Below are positions 31,234 through 41,751 of a DNA stretch of 64,000 bases, piece after piece; positions within the stretch are counted from its first letter, which is position 1; every line of letters begins with the position of its first letter. The translations under genes and the position numbers were made by a program. The notes beneath the pieces were generated by a model. The model did not search any database. It worked only from the letters and a program-made list of their open reading frames with translations, and was not told where the DNA came from. The stretch is from NCBI GenBank assembly GCA_964252075.1, contig CAXULY010000001.1, positions 215,787-279,786 on the forward strand, written 5' to 3'. The DNA is from an uncultured Deinococcaceae bacterium (lineage in GTDB: Bacteria > Deinococcota > Deinococci > Deinococcales > Deinococcaceae).

Positions 31234-32813
31234 CCCTGCGCCTCCGGATGGTCTCGCCTGCCCGCGAAGAACCCGCTGAGGAGCCGCGCGGCCTCGCGGG
31301 CGCGCACGCTGGACAGCACCTCCAGCCGCTGCCCCCAGGGGGCGCGGTTCAGGTCCATCACGCCGCCCAGCGCGCCCAGCTTGGGGTTCGGCGCGCCGTA
31401 CACGACGCGCGCCACGCGCGCCTCAATCACCGCGCCGAAGCACATGGGGCACGGCTCCAGCGTCACGACCAGCGTGCAGTCCGTCAGGTACGGCGTGCCG
31501 AGCGCGGCGGTGGCGGCGCGCAGGGCCTCCACCTCGGCGTGGTGCGTCATGTCGCCGCGCGCGCGGCTGCGGTTTCGCCCGCGCGCGATCACCTCGCGCC
31601 CGCGCACCACCACCGCGCCCACCGGCACCTCGCCCGCGCCCGCCGCGGCGCGCGCCTCCAGGAGCGCCTCCCCCATCTCCGCGTGCCAGGGCGGCGGCAC
31701 CGCGCCGCCCGCACCTTCAGCCCAGACGGGCGGGTCCAGGCCCACCCAGGTCACGCGCGCGCCATCCGCGAGGAGCCACACGTGATCGCGGTCCGCGCGC
31801 GGCACCTTCCGGTCCGTCAGCACGTCACTCAGCTTGCGCGTGCCCCCTGGCAGGCGGATGCGGTCGCCCGGCAGGCGGTGGCGGAGCGTCAGGCCGGGCG
31901 GCACGGGAAAGTCCGGGCGCGCGTGCGCCGCGGGCCCCGTGTGCAGGTGCCCGCCCGTGACGGTTACACCCCGGGCGCCCGGCAGGTCCAGGTGCAGTGT
32001 GCCGCCCACACCGAGGGCCGCCGAGAGGCGGTCCAGGTGCTCGCCCCTGAAAGTCAACGCAGCCGCGCGCAGGCGGGCGGCCAGCGCACGGCGGCGAATG
32101 GCGGGCGGCTCGCGGCACAGGTCCGCGCGGGAAGGCACGCGCGCCGCGAGGGCGCTCAGCGCGTCGTCATCCTCGCGCTGCCAGCGGGCGTGACGGGCCA
32201 GCAGGGCGTCCAGGCCGGGCTCGCGGGCGCGCAGGGCAGGCAGCACCGCGTGGCGCAGCCAGTTGCGCGTGAAGCGTGTGTCGGCGTTGCTCACGTCCTC
32301 CCGCCAGTCCTGCCCGAGTGCGCGCAGGTACGCCTCGATGTCCTTGCGCGCCACATCCAGCCACGGTCGGCGCAGGTGACCCCGCTCGGGTGCGATACCC
32401 CGCAGGCCCGGCTCGCCGCGCAGCAGCTGCCACAGCACCGTCTCCGCCACATCGTCCCGGGTGTGCGCCGTCAGGATGGTCGTCACGCCATGCGCCTTCG
32501 CCGCGCGCGCCAGGAACGCGTACCTGAGGGTGCGCGCAGCCGCCTCCACGTTCCAGCCCTTGCGGGCTGCGACCGCCGCCACGTCCACGCGCTCAAGCAT
32601 GAGCGGCACGCCCAGCGCCGCGCACAGGGCCCCGACCCACCCGGCGTCCGCGCCGGATTCCGGGCGCAGGCGGTGATTGAGGTGCGCCGCGATGGGCCGC
32701 GCGCCGCACGCCAGCAGCGCCCGCAGGAGCGCCACAGAGTCCGCGCCGCCGGACAGCGCGAGCAGCACCGCCCGGTCGCGGTAGGGCGCCAGGGGGGCGA
32801 GGAGGTCCGGCAC
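31230..32813 (-). CDS. tilS: TilS (tRNA-Ile lysidine synthase) fused to a TadA-like tRNA adenosine deaminase
   Basis: SGGADS PP-loop, TAHTRDDVAET, D.SN....TRN; C-terminal GEVPVGAV, HAE, TLEPCPMC. Confidence 0.92.
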   Translation of the reverse strand: MPDLLAPLAPYRDRAVLLALSGGADSVALLRALLACGARPIAAHLNHRLRPESGADAGWVGALCAALGVPLMLERVDVAAVAARKGWNVEAAARTLRYAFLARAAKAHGVTTILTAHTRDDVAETVLWQLLRGEPGLRGIAPERGHLRRPWLDVARKDIEAYLRALGQDWREDVSNADTRFTRNWLRHAVLPALRAREPGLDALLARHARWQREDDDALSALAARVPSRADLCREPPAIRRRALAARLRAAALTFRGEHLDRLSAALGVGGTLHLDLPGARGVTVTGGHLHTGPAAHARPDFPVPPGLTLRHRLPGDRIRLPGGTRKLSDVLTDRKVPRADRDHVWLLADGARVTWVGLDPPVWAEGAGGAVPPPWHAEMGEALLEARAAAGAGEVPVGAVVVRGREVIARGRNRSRARGDMTHHAEVEALRAATAALGTPYLTDCTLVVTLEPCPMCFGAVIEARVARVVYGAPNPKLGALGGVMDLNRAPWGQRLEVLSSVRAREAARLLSGFFAGRRDHPEAQG

Positions 32814-33081
32814 GCGGCCAGTGTAGCGGGCCGCGCGGAAGGGTCGCCTCCTCAAGGCCTGGAGCTGCTCACGGCACTCAAGGCAATGACGACACATCAT
32901 CTGAAGTTGGAAATGCCCGTGAGCTGCGGGTCAGGGATTCGGAGCGCTGGCCATGAGCAGTGGATCGGACTCAACAGGTACTCCACCACTCGACCTGACG
33001 AGCCCCTCGTCTCGCTGGTTTCTCCGGTTGCCTGAGCCTCGGCGCGCAGTGAAAAGCCCTTTGCGCGGCATAAAATTCGGT

Positions 33082-33205
33082 CTGATGTGTGCGAAGCTCC
33101 AGTGCGCTGGAAGCCCGTGCGGTTCGGCCACGGTCATCGCGTTCAGGTGCGGAAGGCGCCGCGCCGACGCTTGGGGCGTCGCTGGCCCTCAACTACGCAC
33201 ATGAG
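33082..33205 (+). ncRNA. Candidate multi-branched small RNA
   Basis: TAAAAT at 33071-33076; 5' and 3' ends pair (CUGAUGUGUG/CGCACAUGAG) and enclose four hairpins. Confidence 0.4.
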
Positions 33206-33264
33206 GGAAGTGATTGGCGCGCATCCGGCCACACGGGTGGGGCAACTTTCCTACAATGCAGCGC

Positions 33265-33750
33265 ATGGGTCCGCGCGTCGGCGATCACGCCCCCGATTTT
33301 GAGGCCAGGAGTGACGACGGTCGCCGCGTGAACCTGCGGTCCCTGCGTGGCTCCTGGGTGGTGTTGTGTTTCTTTCCGCGCGCGGGGTCGCCCGGCTGTT
33401 CGCTGGAGGCGCGGCAGTTCGAGCGGGCCTTGCCGGACTTCGAGCGCCTCGGCGCGCGCGTGGTGGGGGTCAGTGTGGACACGGAGGCGCGCGCGGCGCT
33501 CATGCGGGAGCGCTGTGGCCTGACGTTCCCGCTCCTCCCGGACGGCGCGCAGCGCCTGGGGCGCGCGTATGGCGTGTCGGGCGGTCTGGGTGGCCTGCTG
33601 GGCCTCGCGCGCCGTCAGACCTTCCTGATTTCGCCGGAGGGGCTGGTGGCGCGCCACTGGCGGCAGGTGAATCCCGTCGGGCACGCCGCGGAGGTGCTGG
33701 CGGCGCTGAGGGATCCCGCTAGAAGTACGCCCCGGCCCGCAGGTTCGTGA
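33265..33750 (+). CDS. bcp: Peroxiredoxin, BCP/PrxQ family
   Basis: APDF, FFPRAGSPGCSLEA, GVSVD, RQTFLISPEG; TACAAT 7 nt upstream. Confidence 0.88.
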   Translation: MGPRVGDHAPDFEARSDDGRRVNLRSLRGSWVVLCFFPRAGSPGCSLEARQFERALPDFERLGARVVGVSVDTEARAALMRERCGLTFPLLPDGAQRLGRAYGVSGGLGGLLGLARRQTFLISPEGLVARHWRQVNPVGHAAEVLAALRDPARSTPRPAGS

Positions 33751-34219
33751 AGCGCAGGGTGTCGCCCGCCTGCACGCTGCCCTCGCGGATACGAATGCCG
33801 AGGTACCCCCGCGCGGCGTGCGCGGCCGCGTCGAGCGCCGGGCTGGAGAGCTGCAGGCTGGTGCTCGCACCGCTCAGCACGGTGGCGGTGCCGATCAGGC
33901 TGCCCTGGGCGCTGTCGCTGCACAGCGCGTACCCGAGCAGGGAGGGGCAGTTGGGGGGCGTGGCGCTGAGGTAGAACTCCAGGGTCTTGGTGCCCGCGCT
34001 GCCGCTGAACGTCAGGGTGCCCGTGACCTTCACGCGGTCCACGCTGCGCGGCACGGCCTGCGTGAAGGCGTTCTGCGTCTGGTAAATGGTCTGCGGGGAG
34101 GCGTCCAGCGGGAGCGGTGTGGTGATGGTCTCGTCGGGCAGGGTGACGCTGCCGACCGGCACGGTGCCGCACGCGGCCAGCAGGGCGGGGAGCAGCAGGA
34201 GGGCGCGGGGTCGGGTCAT
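33719..34219 (-). CDS. Lipoprotein of unknown function
   Basis: Lipobox LLAAC; beta-rich body. Confidence 0.75.
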   Translation of the reverse strand: MTRPRALLLLPALLAACGTVPVGSVTLPDETITTPLPLDASPQTIYQTQNAFTQAVPRSVDRVKVTGTLTFSGSAGTKTLEFYLSATPPNCPSLLGYALCSDSAQGSLIGTATVLSGASTSLQLSSPALDAAAHAARGYLGIRIREGSVQAGDTLRFTNLRAGAYF

Positions 34220-34355
34220 GCCTCAGTCTGGGGCGCGGCGCCTGACGGGAAGCTGCGGTTTTCATGGGGGTGGGTTTCTGGTGCGCCGGATGGGGCGCCG
34301 CGTCCCGGTTGGTGGTGGCGCCCGCCCCTATACTGGCGCGCGTGAGGGTGAGTCC

Positions 34356-35551
<1,196 letters not shown>

Positions 35552-35552
<1 letters not shown>

Positions 35553-35866
35553 TGCCCGCCATTGAGTTCGCGGCGCCGCCCGCCCCGCAGTACGGGGGTG
35601 GGTGCACGACGGAACCCGCACTGTTCGCGCTGAATCACTTCGTGACGTGGCGGACGGACGTGACCGTGAACGGGGTGCGCTTCGCGGATGTGGCGCTGCT
35701 GCCGTTCCTGCAAGACCTGCTGGCCGCGCCCGAGCCGCACGGGGTGAGCGCCGAGGACGCGCGGGAGGCGGCGCGCCGCTTCGTGGACCTCACGGCGCCG
35801 CTGCTGGAGCGTGAGGGTGGGCGGCGCGCGTGGCTGGAGCGCGAGTTCACGCCGCTGGGCGCGTGA
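35552..35866 (+). CDS. Hypothetical protein
   Basis: TGATG coupling and AAGGAGG RBS. Confidence 0.7.
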
Positions 35867-35875
35867 GCATTCCCC

Positions 35876-36481
35876 TCAGCGCGCGCCGAGCCGCTTGAGG
35901 TAGGCCCTGGCTTCGCGCTGCAGGGACGCCAGGTACGCGCGGTGGCGGTCCGTGACGGCGGGCGGCAGGCGGTCGAGGAAGAGCCTGCCGTCGAGGTGCT
36001 CGTGCTCGTGCTGGAAGACCCGCGCGAGGTAACCGTCCACCTCGGTGACGTGCGGGGCGCCGTGCTCGTCGAGGTAGCGCAGGCGCACGGCGCGTTCGCG
36101 CAGCACGCCCGGTTCGTAAACGCCGGGAATGGAGAGGCAGCCGTCGTCGTGGCGCGCTTCGAGGCGCGCATCGAGCACCTCCAGTTCGGGGTTCACCATC
36201 ACGTACTCGCGCAGCACGCGGGCCTTGAGGGGCGTGCCCTCGGGGAGGTCGTCGTCGTACTCGGCGGCGACGAACAGGCGGATGGGGAGGCCCACCTGCG
36301 GGGCGGCGAGGCCGACGCCGCGCGCGGTGTACATGCTTTCGAGCAGGTCGCGCGCAAGTTCGGGCAGCGTGACGGGCGCGAAGCCGGGCACGGTGAAGTG
36401 GGCGTGCAGGTCGGGGATGCGGGCGGCCTTGCGCCGCAGGACGGGGTCGCCGTACAGGCGGATGGGGTAGGTGGTGGTCAC
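35876..36481 (-). CDS. def: Peptide deformylase
   Basis: YGDPVLR, GVGLAAPQVG, DGCLSIP, QHEHEHLDG. Confidence 0.92.
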   Translation of the reverse strand: MTTTYPIRLYGDPVLRRKAARIPDLHAHFTVPGFAPVTLPELARDLLESMYTARGVGLAAPQVGLPIRLFVAAEYDDDLPEGTPLKARVLREYVMVNPELEVLDARLEARHDDGCLSIPGVYEPGVLRERAVRLRYLDEHGAPHVTEVDGYLARVFQHEHEHLDGRLFLDRLPPAVTDRHRAYLASLQREARAYLKRLGAR

Positions 36482-36681
36482 GCGGCCTCGCGGGGGCGCA
36501 GCACGAGTTCCAGGCCGAGGGCGTCCAGCATCTTCTGCCAGATGGGCGGGAGTTTGCCGTTCGTGGCGAGCGCGCGGCTGATGGTGTGGCGGTCGGTGCC
36601 GATGCGCGCGCCGAGTTCCGCCTGGCTGAGGTGGCGGGCGGCGAGGTGCTGACGCAGCTGGAGGCGCAGGTCGTCGGTCAT
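36478..36681 (-). CDS. Small XRE-family HTH regulator
   Basis: LSQAELGARIGTDRHTISR...LDALGLELVL; stop overlaps the def GTG. Confidence 0.8.
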   Translation of the reverse strand: MTDDLRLQLRQHLAARHLSQAELGARIGTDRHTISRALATNGKLPPIWQKMLDALGLELVLRPREAA

Positions 36682-36685
36682 GCTG

Positions 36686-36726
36686 CATGGTGGCAGATTC
36701 TGCCCACGTTGGCAAGAACTGCCCAC
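36686..36726 (-). promoter_or_regulatory. Promoter with tandem palindromic operators
   Basis: TTGCCA-17-CACCAT on the minus strand; GGCAGATTCTGCC (36692) and GGCAAGAACTGCC (36711). Confidence 0.65.
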
Positions 36727-36731
36727 AGCGG

Positions 36732-38144
36732 TCAGGCGGAGTGCGGCCGCACCTCCGTGAGGGCCGCCGCGATGCGCCGCACGCCCTCACGAATCAGGTC
36801 GGGCGGCAGGTGCGCGTACGCCAGCAGCACCGCGGGCGGCCGCGCACGCTGCGTGTAATCCCCCAGGCGGCTGAGCCCCACCCCCGCACGCGCCGCGGCC
36901 TCCAGCACCGCCGACTCACTGAGGGTGGCGGGCAGGTCTGCATACAGGTGCAGCCCGGCGGCGGCCTCCTGCGTCGCCCAGTCGGGCAGGTGCGCGGCGA
37001 GCGCCGAGCGCAGGCTCGACAGGCGGTCCTGCACTTGCGCGCGCGCGCGGCGCAGGTGACGCGCGTACCCGCCGGACGACAGAAAGTACGCGAGGGCCAG
37101 CGCGTCCAGCGTGGGCGGCTGGCGGTCCGTGAGTGGCCGCGTGCGGCCCAGCACCTCAATCAATGGCCTGGGCGCCACGATGTACCCGCTGCGCAGCGCG
37201 GGCGCGAGGCTCTTCGAGAAGGTCCCGACCAGAATGACGCGCTCCGGCGCGAGGCCCTGCATGGCCGCTACGGGCCGCGTGTCGAAGCGGAACTCCGAGT
37301 TGTAATCGTCCTCCACCACCCACGCGCCGCTGCGCGCCGCCCACTCCAGCACCGCGCGGCGGCGCGCGGCGGGCATCAGCGCGCCCGTCGGGAACTGATG
37401 GGCGGGCGTGAGGTACAGCAGTGCGGCGCGCTCGGGCAGCCCCAGCGGGTCCAGGCCGTGCGCGTCCACGGGCACGTCGAACAAGGTCGCGCCGCTCGCC
37501 TCGAAGACGCGCCGGGCGCTCGGGTAGCCGGGGTCCTCCAGCGCCACCGCGCGGCCCGGCTCCAGGTACAGGCGCGACAGCGCGTCCAGGCTGCCCTGCG
37601 TGCCGCTCGTGAGCATGATCATGTCCGGCGTGGCCTGCACGCCTCGCTCCGCCGCGAGGTGATCCGCGAGCGCCGCGCGCGTCTCGAAGGGCCCCAGCTG
37701 GTCGCCGTACCCGACGGCGCGCGTCTCGCGCGCGCGGCGCGCGAGCGCCTCCGCCCACGCCTCGCTGGGGAACAGGTCCGTCGGGAAGAGCCCCAGGCGG
37801 AAATCAATCTCGAACGCCTCGCCCGCGTCCGGGAGGGCGCCCGCGAGCGCCCGCTGCGCCCACGCGGTGAGGGGCGCGCTGTGCGCGGGTGGCGTGGCGA
37901 GCTGCCGCACGCCACCCGCCACGAAACTGCCGCTCTGCGGGCGCGTCACGAGGTAGCCTTCCGCACTCAGCAGCTCAATGGCCTCCAGCACCGTGTTGCG
38001 GGCAAGGCCCCAGCGCCGCGCGAGGTCGCGGCTGGACGGAAGGCGCGCGCCCTCCGGCAGGCGCCCCGTCACGATCGCCTCGCGCAGGCTGCGGTACGCG
38101 CGGCGGTACAAGGCCTCCGCGGGCAGGGCAGGCAGCAGCTCCAT
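36732..38144 (-). CDS. MocR/GabR-family regulator (GntR HTH + PLP domain)
   Basis: RLPSSRDLA...RNTV...LSAEGY; TPAHQFPTG, EDDYNSEF, GTFSKSLAPALR. Confidence 0.92.
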   Translation of the reverse strand: MELLPALPAEALYRRAYRSLREAIVTGRLPEGARLPSSRDLARRWGLARNTVLEAIELLSAEGYLVTRPQSGSFVAGGVRQLATPPAHSAPLTAWAQRALAGALPDAGEAFEIDFRLGLFPTDLFPSEAWAEALARRARETRAVGYGDQLGPFETRAALADHLAAERGVQATPDMIMLTSGTQGSLDALSRLYLEPGRAVALEDPGYPSARRVFEASGATLFDVPVDAHGLDPLGLPERAALLYLTPAHQFPTGALMPAARRRAVLEWAARSGAWVVEDDYNSEFRFDTRPVAAMQGLAPERVILVGTFSKSLAPALRSGYIVAPRPLIEVLGRTRPLTDRQPPTLDALALAYFLSSGGYARHLRRARAQVQDRLSSLRSALAAHLPDWATQEAAAGLHLYADLPATLSESAVLEAAARAGVGLSRLGDYTQRARPPAVLLAYAHLPPDLIREGVRRIAAALTEVRPHSA

Positions 38145-38239
38145 ACACCGTCCAGTCTAGGGGCGCGGCGTGACGACGCGCTCAAGGGCACCGCGCCCCA
38201 TGTGACGGTTCGCGCGCGAGTCCCGCCGTAGCATGGGGT

Positions 38240-38761
38240 GTGGCGCAGCGCGTGGACGAACTCCTCTCCGAGTACCAGGATTACGTGATGGCGGACCGCC
38301 TGCGGCGCGAACTGGGCGGCGCGCTGCGGCCCGATGGGCCGACCCTCAGCGTGCCGCAGTACGCGGCGCGGCGCCTGCGGCGTCAGGAGCTCGCGCGGGC
38401 CCTCGTGCGCAAGGAGGTGCCGCTCGCCGCGCTCGCCGAGATTGAGCGCCTCACGGACGAGATGTCCTTTGGCTTCTGGCACAACCCGCAGGAAGTCGCG
38501 GCGTTCCTGCGCCGCGCCATCGCGCAGGGCGGTCACCCGCTGCTGGGCAGCCCGGAAGCGCTCAGCGGCCTGCTGACCGACGACGAACGGCGCCGCCTCA
38601 CGCCCGCCGGGGTGAGCCGCGTGGCGGGCCACTACCACGCCTGCCTGAGTCTCGCCGCGCCCACGCACAGCCCCGACAGCTTCGACCGGCTGTACGCGCG
38701 CGTGGAGGCCTCCCGACCGCCCCTGTTTCTGGACGGCCTGAGCGCCGTGCAGGAGGCGTGA
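38240..38761 (+). CDS. Hypothetical protein
   Basis: Coding-like ORF; stop overlaps the comF start. Confidence 0.7.
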   Translation: MAQRVDELLSEYQDYVMADRLRRELGGALRPDGPTLSVPQYAARRLRRQELARALVRKEVPLAALAEIERLTDEMSFGFWHNPQEVAAFLRRAIAQGGHPLLGSPEALSGLLTDDERRRLTPAGVSRVAGHYHACLSLAAPTHSPDSFDRLYARVEASRPPLFLDGLSAVQEA

Positions 38762-39381
38762 CCGTGCGTGCGGTGCTGCGCAGCCTGCTGCCGCGCGCGT
38801 GCCCCGGCTGCGGCCGGCCCCTCGCGGGGCACGCGGGTCTCTGCCCGCACTGCGCGCAGGGCCTGCACCTCACGGTCGCCGCGCACACGCTGCTGCGCCC
38901 GGACGTGACGCCGCACCTGATCTGCCTCGGGGAGTACCGGGGCCCGCTGCGCCGCGCGATTCGCGAGATGAAGTACGGCGGCGCCCGCGAGGTCGCGGAG
39001 ACCTTCGGTCGCGCGCTCGGTGGGGGCGTGCCGCCCGAGTGGCGCATCGGGGCGGTCACGCCCGTGCCGCTGCACCCCCGGCGCGAGCAGGAGCGGGCCT
39101 TCAACCAGTCGCTGTCCGTCGCGCGCGCCCTGGCGGACGAGGCGCGGCTGCCCCTGTGGGAACTCCTCACGCGCAGCCGCTACACGGCCGCGCAGGCACG
39201 CCTGCACGCGGGCGCCCGCGTGCACAACCTGGAGGGCGCCTTCGAGAGCCGCTCGCCCTTCAGCGACCCCGTGCTGCTGGTGGACGACGTCCTGACAACC
39301 GGTGAAACATTGAGGGCCTGCACGGCCGCGCTCCGGGCTGGCGGCGCGCGCGCCGTGTACTACGCCGTCATCGCGCGGTGA
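38758..39381 (+). CDS. comF: ComF-family competence protein (zinc ribbon + PRTase)
   Basis: CPGC...CPHC, PVPLH, RAFNQS, LLVDDVLTTGET. Confidence 0.9.
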   Translation: MTVRAVLRSLLPRACPGCGRPLAGHAGLCPHCAQGLHLTVAAHTLLRPDVTPHLICLGEYRGPLRRAIREMKYGGAREVAETFGRALGGGVPPEWRIGAVTPVPLHPRREQERAFNQSLSVARALADEARLPLWELLTRSRYTAAQARLHAGARVHNLEGAFESRSPFSDPVLLVDDVLTTGETLRACTAALRAGGARAVYYAVIAR

Positions 39382-39480
39382 GGCGCGGGCCAAGGGGCCG
39401 TGAAGCGCGACTCAGCGGCGGCCCCTGACGGCCCGCGGGGGGCAGCGGCTAAGATGCTGCGGGCGGTCCGCACTCCCCGT

Positions 39481-41223
39481 ATGCTGCGCTTCCTCCGCCC
39501 CCTCAAGCCGCTGTGGCCGCTGCTGTGCCTGCTGGTTCTGATGGCCGAGCGGCCGGGCAGGGGGCTGGACCTGCTGGTGTACGGCGCGACGCCGCAGGGC
39601 ATCGCGGCCGCCGCGACCGCCGCCTCGCGCGGGCTGTCGGTGCTGCTGGTGGAGCCCGGCCCGCGAGTGGGCGGGGTGCTCACACAGGGGTGGCTGGCGA
39701 CCCTGGACGCCAGCGTGGACAGCCAGGGCCGCCTGCTCGGCAGCGGGAGTTTCGTGCGGCTGCTGCGCGCGCTGGGGTACGACCCGTCGTTCGACGTGGG
39801 GACGGCGCAGCGCGTGCTGGACCGCATGACGCGGCAGGGCGGCCTGACGCTCTGGACGAACACCACGCTGCGCGGCGTGGAGGAGCGGGGCGGGTGGCTG
39901 CACGCCGTGCGCGTGCAACGCGGGGTGCAGCCCTGGACGCTCACGCCGCGCGCCGTCATTGACGCGAGCGACACCGCCGACCTCGCCAGCCGCGCGGGCG
40001 CGCTCTTCACCCGGGGCCGCAGCGACACGGGCCTCGACCGGAGGCAGATGGCCGCCACGCTGGTCTTCCGCATGACGGGGGTCGCGTGGCCGGACATTCA
40101 ACGCCGCGTCTCCGCGGAGCGCGCGCAGGGCGGCGGGTTCTCGGACGTGCATGGGCGGAGCGCGAACGGCCTGTGGGACCTCGCGCAGGGCTTCCGCCCC
40201 AGCGACCCCACGCGCTTTCGCCTGCGCGGCCTGAACCTCGCGCGGCAGGACGACGGCAGCGTCCTCGTGAACGCCCTGCTGATCGCGGGCGTGGACGGCA
40301 CGAACCCCGAATCCACCCGCCGCGCATGGCGGGATGGGGCGCGCGAGGCGGCGCGCGTGGTGACGTACCTGCGCGGCGCGGACCCCGCCACATTCGGCGG
40401 GGCGCGGTTCGCGGGCGTGGCGCCGCAGCTGTACCTGCGCGAGACGCGGCACCTCGTGGCGCTCAGCCGCCTGCACGCGGACGGGGTGTTCCTGGGCGCC
40501 GCCGTGCCGGACCCCGTCGCGGTGGGCGGGTACCCGCTGGACGGGCAGCTGTACGACGCGCGGGAGAGCACGTACCTGCTGGGCCGTCCCCTGCCGTACC
40601 AGGTGGGTTTCGGGACGCTCGTGCCGAGCGGCTTTCACAACCTGCTGGTGGTGTCGCAGGCGGCGGGCTTCGACAGCACGGCGGCCTTCTCCGCGCGGGT
40701 GGTGCCGCTGCAGATGGGGCTGGGGGACGCGGCGGCGCACGCCACGTGGGTGGCGCTCGCGCGCGGCGTGGACTTCCCCACCCTGCGCGCGCACTTCCGC
40801 TGGTTGCGGGGCGCGCTTCCGAAGCTGCCGCCGGAGGGCGAGGTGGTGCGGCGCACGCAGCTCGACACCGACCAGCAGGCGAGCTGGCTGCTGCGCCGCG
40901 GCCTGCTGAACATGCCGTACTACGTGCAGGGCCGCTTCGACCTCGGCGGGCCCGTGACGCCCAGCGAGGTGCTGTCCGATCTGGAGCACTGGCTGTACGC
41001 GCGGGGCCTCAGCGTGGATCAGGCGCGGCTGCTGGCGTCCCTGCGTCCGCTCGTGCAGCGCGCCGCGGACCGCCCCATGCGCGCCGAGGAACTGCGCGAC
41101 TGGCTGACCGCCCTGGACCTCCCCGCGCCGGACCTGCCGGACGGCGTGCTGGACCGCGCGACGCTCGTGCAGGTGCTGACCGATGTCAGCAGCGAGGGCC
41201 CCACGCTGCCCGCCCGGAAGTGA
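39481..41223 (+). CDS. Exported or membrane-anchored FAD-dependent oxidoreductase
   Basis: Hydrophobic N-terminus; DLLVYGATPQGIAAA, IDASDTADLA, LYLRETRH, SARVVP; start codon uncertain. Confidence 0.8.
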   Translation: MLRFLRPLKPLWPLLCLLVLMAERPGRGLDLLVYGATPQGIAAAATAASRGLSVLLVEPGPRVGGVLTQGWLATLDASVDSQGRLLGSGSFVRLLRALGYDPSFDVGTAQRVLDRMTRQGGLTLWTNTTLRGVEERGGWLHAVRVQRGVQPWTLTPRAVIDASDTADLASRAGALFTRGRSDTGLDRRQMAATLVFRMTGVAWPDIQRRVSAERAQGGGFSDVHGRSANGLWDLAQGFRPSDPTRFRLRGLNLARQDDGSVLVNALLIAGVDGTNPESTRRAWRDGAREAARVVTYLRGADPATFGGARFAGVAPQLYLRETRHLVALSRLHADGVFLGAAVPDPVAVGGYPLDGQLYDARESTYLLGRPLPYQVGFGTLVPSGFHNLLVVSQAAGFDSTAAFSARVVPLQMGLGDAAAHATWVALARGVDFPTLRAHFRWLRGALPKLPPEGEVVRRTQLDTDQQASWLLRRGLLNMPYYVQGRFDLGGPVTPSEVLSDLEHWLYARGLSVDQARLLASLRPLVQRAADRPMRAEELRDWLTALDLPAPDLPDGVLDRATLVQVLTDVSSEGPTLPARK

Positions 41224-41229
41224 CGGCGG

Positions 41230-41751
41230 TCAGGGGAGGCGCTCGCCCGCCCGGACCGCCAGCGGCAGCCGGTTCTCGGCGGGCGGCAGCGGGCAGCTCC
41301 AGCCGTCGCCGTAGGCGCAGTAGGGGTGGTACGCGAGGTTGAAGTCCAGCGTGGCGGTGCCCGCCTGCAGGTCCGCCTCCAGGTAACGGCCCGCGCCGTA
41401 GGTTTCCGACCCGGACGTCGCGTCGCGGTACGGCACGAACGCCTGCGTGGGCGCGGGGTCATCCGGGGAGGCGAACAGCGTGAGGGTCGCCTCCCCGGAC
41501 GGCAGGTGCAGCCGCACGCGCCCGATGGGCCGCATGGGGCGGGGCTCACCGGAGGTCGTGGCGAGTTCCACCACTTCCCCCTCCAGCGGCTCAACCGGCA
41601 CCGTCACGCGCCACGCGGGGTCGGGCGGGTAGTACGCGAGGCCCGTGAAGGCGCGCAGCGCCTCGCCCTGCAGCGGCCCGCGCCCGCTGCGGAAGAAGTC
41701 GTCCTTGCGCGCGCGGAAGGCCAGCAGGTCCTGCGTGAAGGTGTCCGTCAT
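41230..41751 (-). CDS. DUF1684-family protein
   Basis: DATSGSETYGAGRYL, LDFNLAYHPYCAY...CPLPPAENRL. Confidence 0.9.
   Translation of the reverse strand: MTDTFTQDLLAFRARKDDFFRSGRGPLQGEALRAFTGLAYYPPDPAWRVTVPVEPLEGEVVELATTSGEPRPMRPIGRVRLHLPSGEATLTLFASPDDPAPTQAFVPYRDATSGSETYGAGRYLEADLQAGTATLDFNLAYHPYCAYGDGWSCPLPPAENRLPLAVRAGERLP

Noticed and set aside
33140..33165. TCAGGTGCGGAAGGCGCC resembling SRP RNA helix 8
   Set aside because: It lacks the AGCAG 3' strand and the paired 3-bp stem around GGAA.
32931..33331. Short ORFs (68-83 aa) in the tilS-bcp gap
   Set aside because: No RBS, no coding-like composition and no recognisable motifs; an RNA-structure explanation fits better.
36478..36681. XRE gene as a prophage or toxin-antitoxin remnant
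   Set aside because: No integrase, phage gene, toxin partner or att-like repeat nearby.
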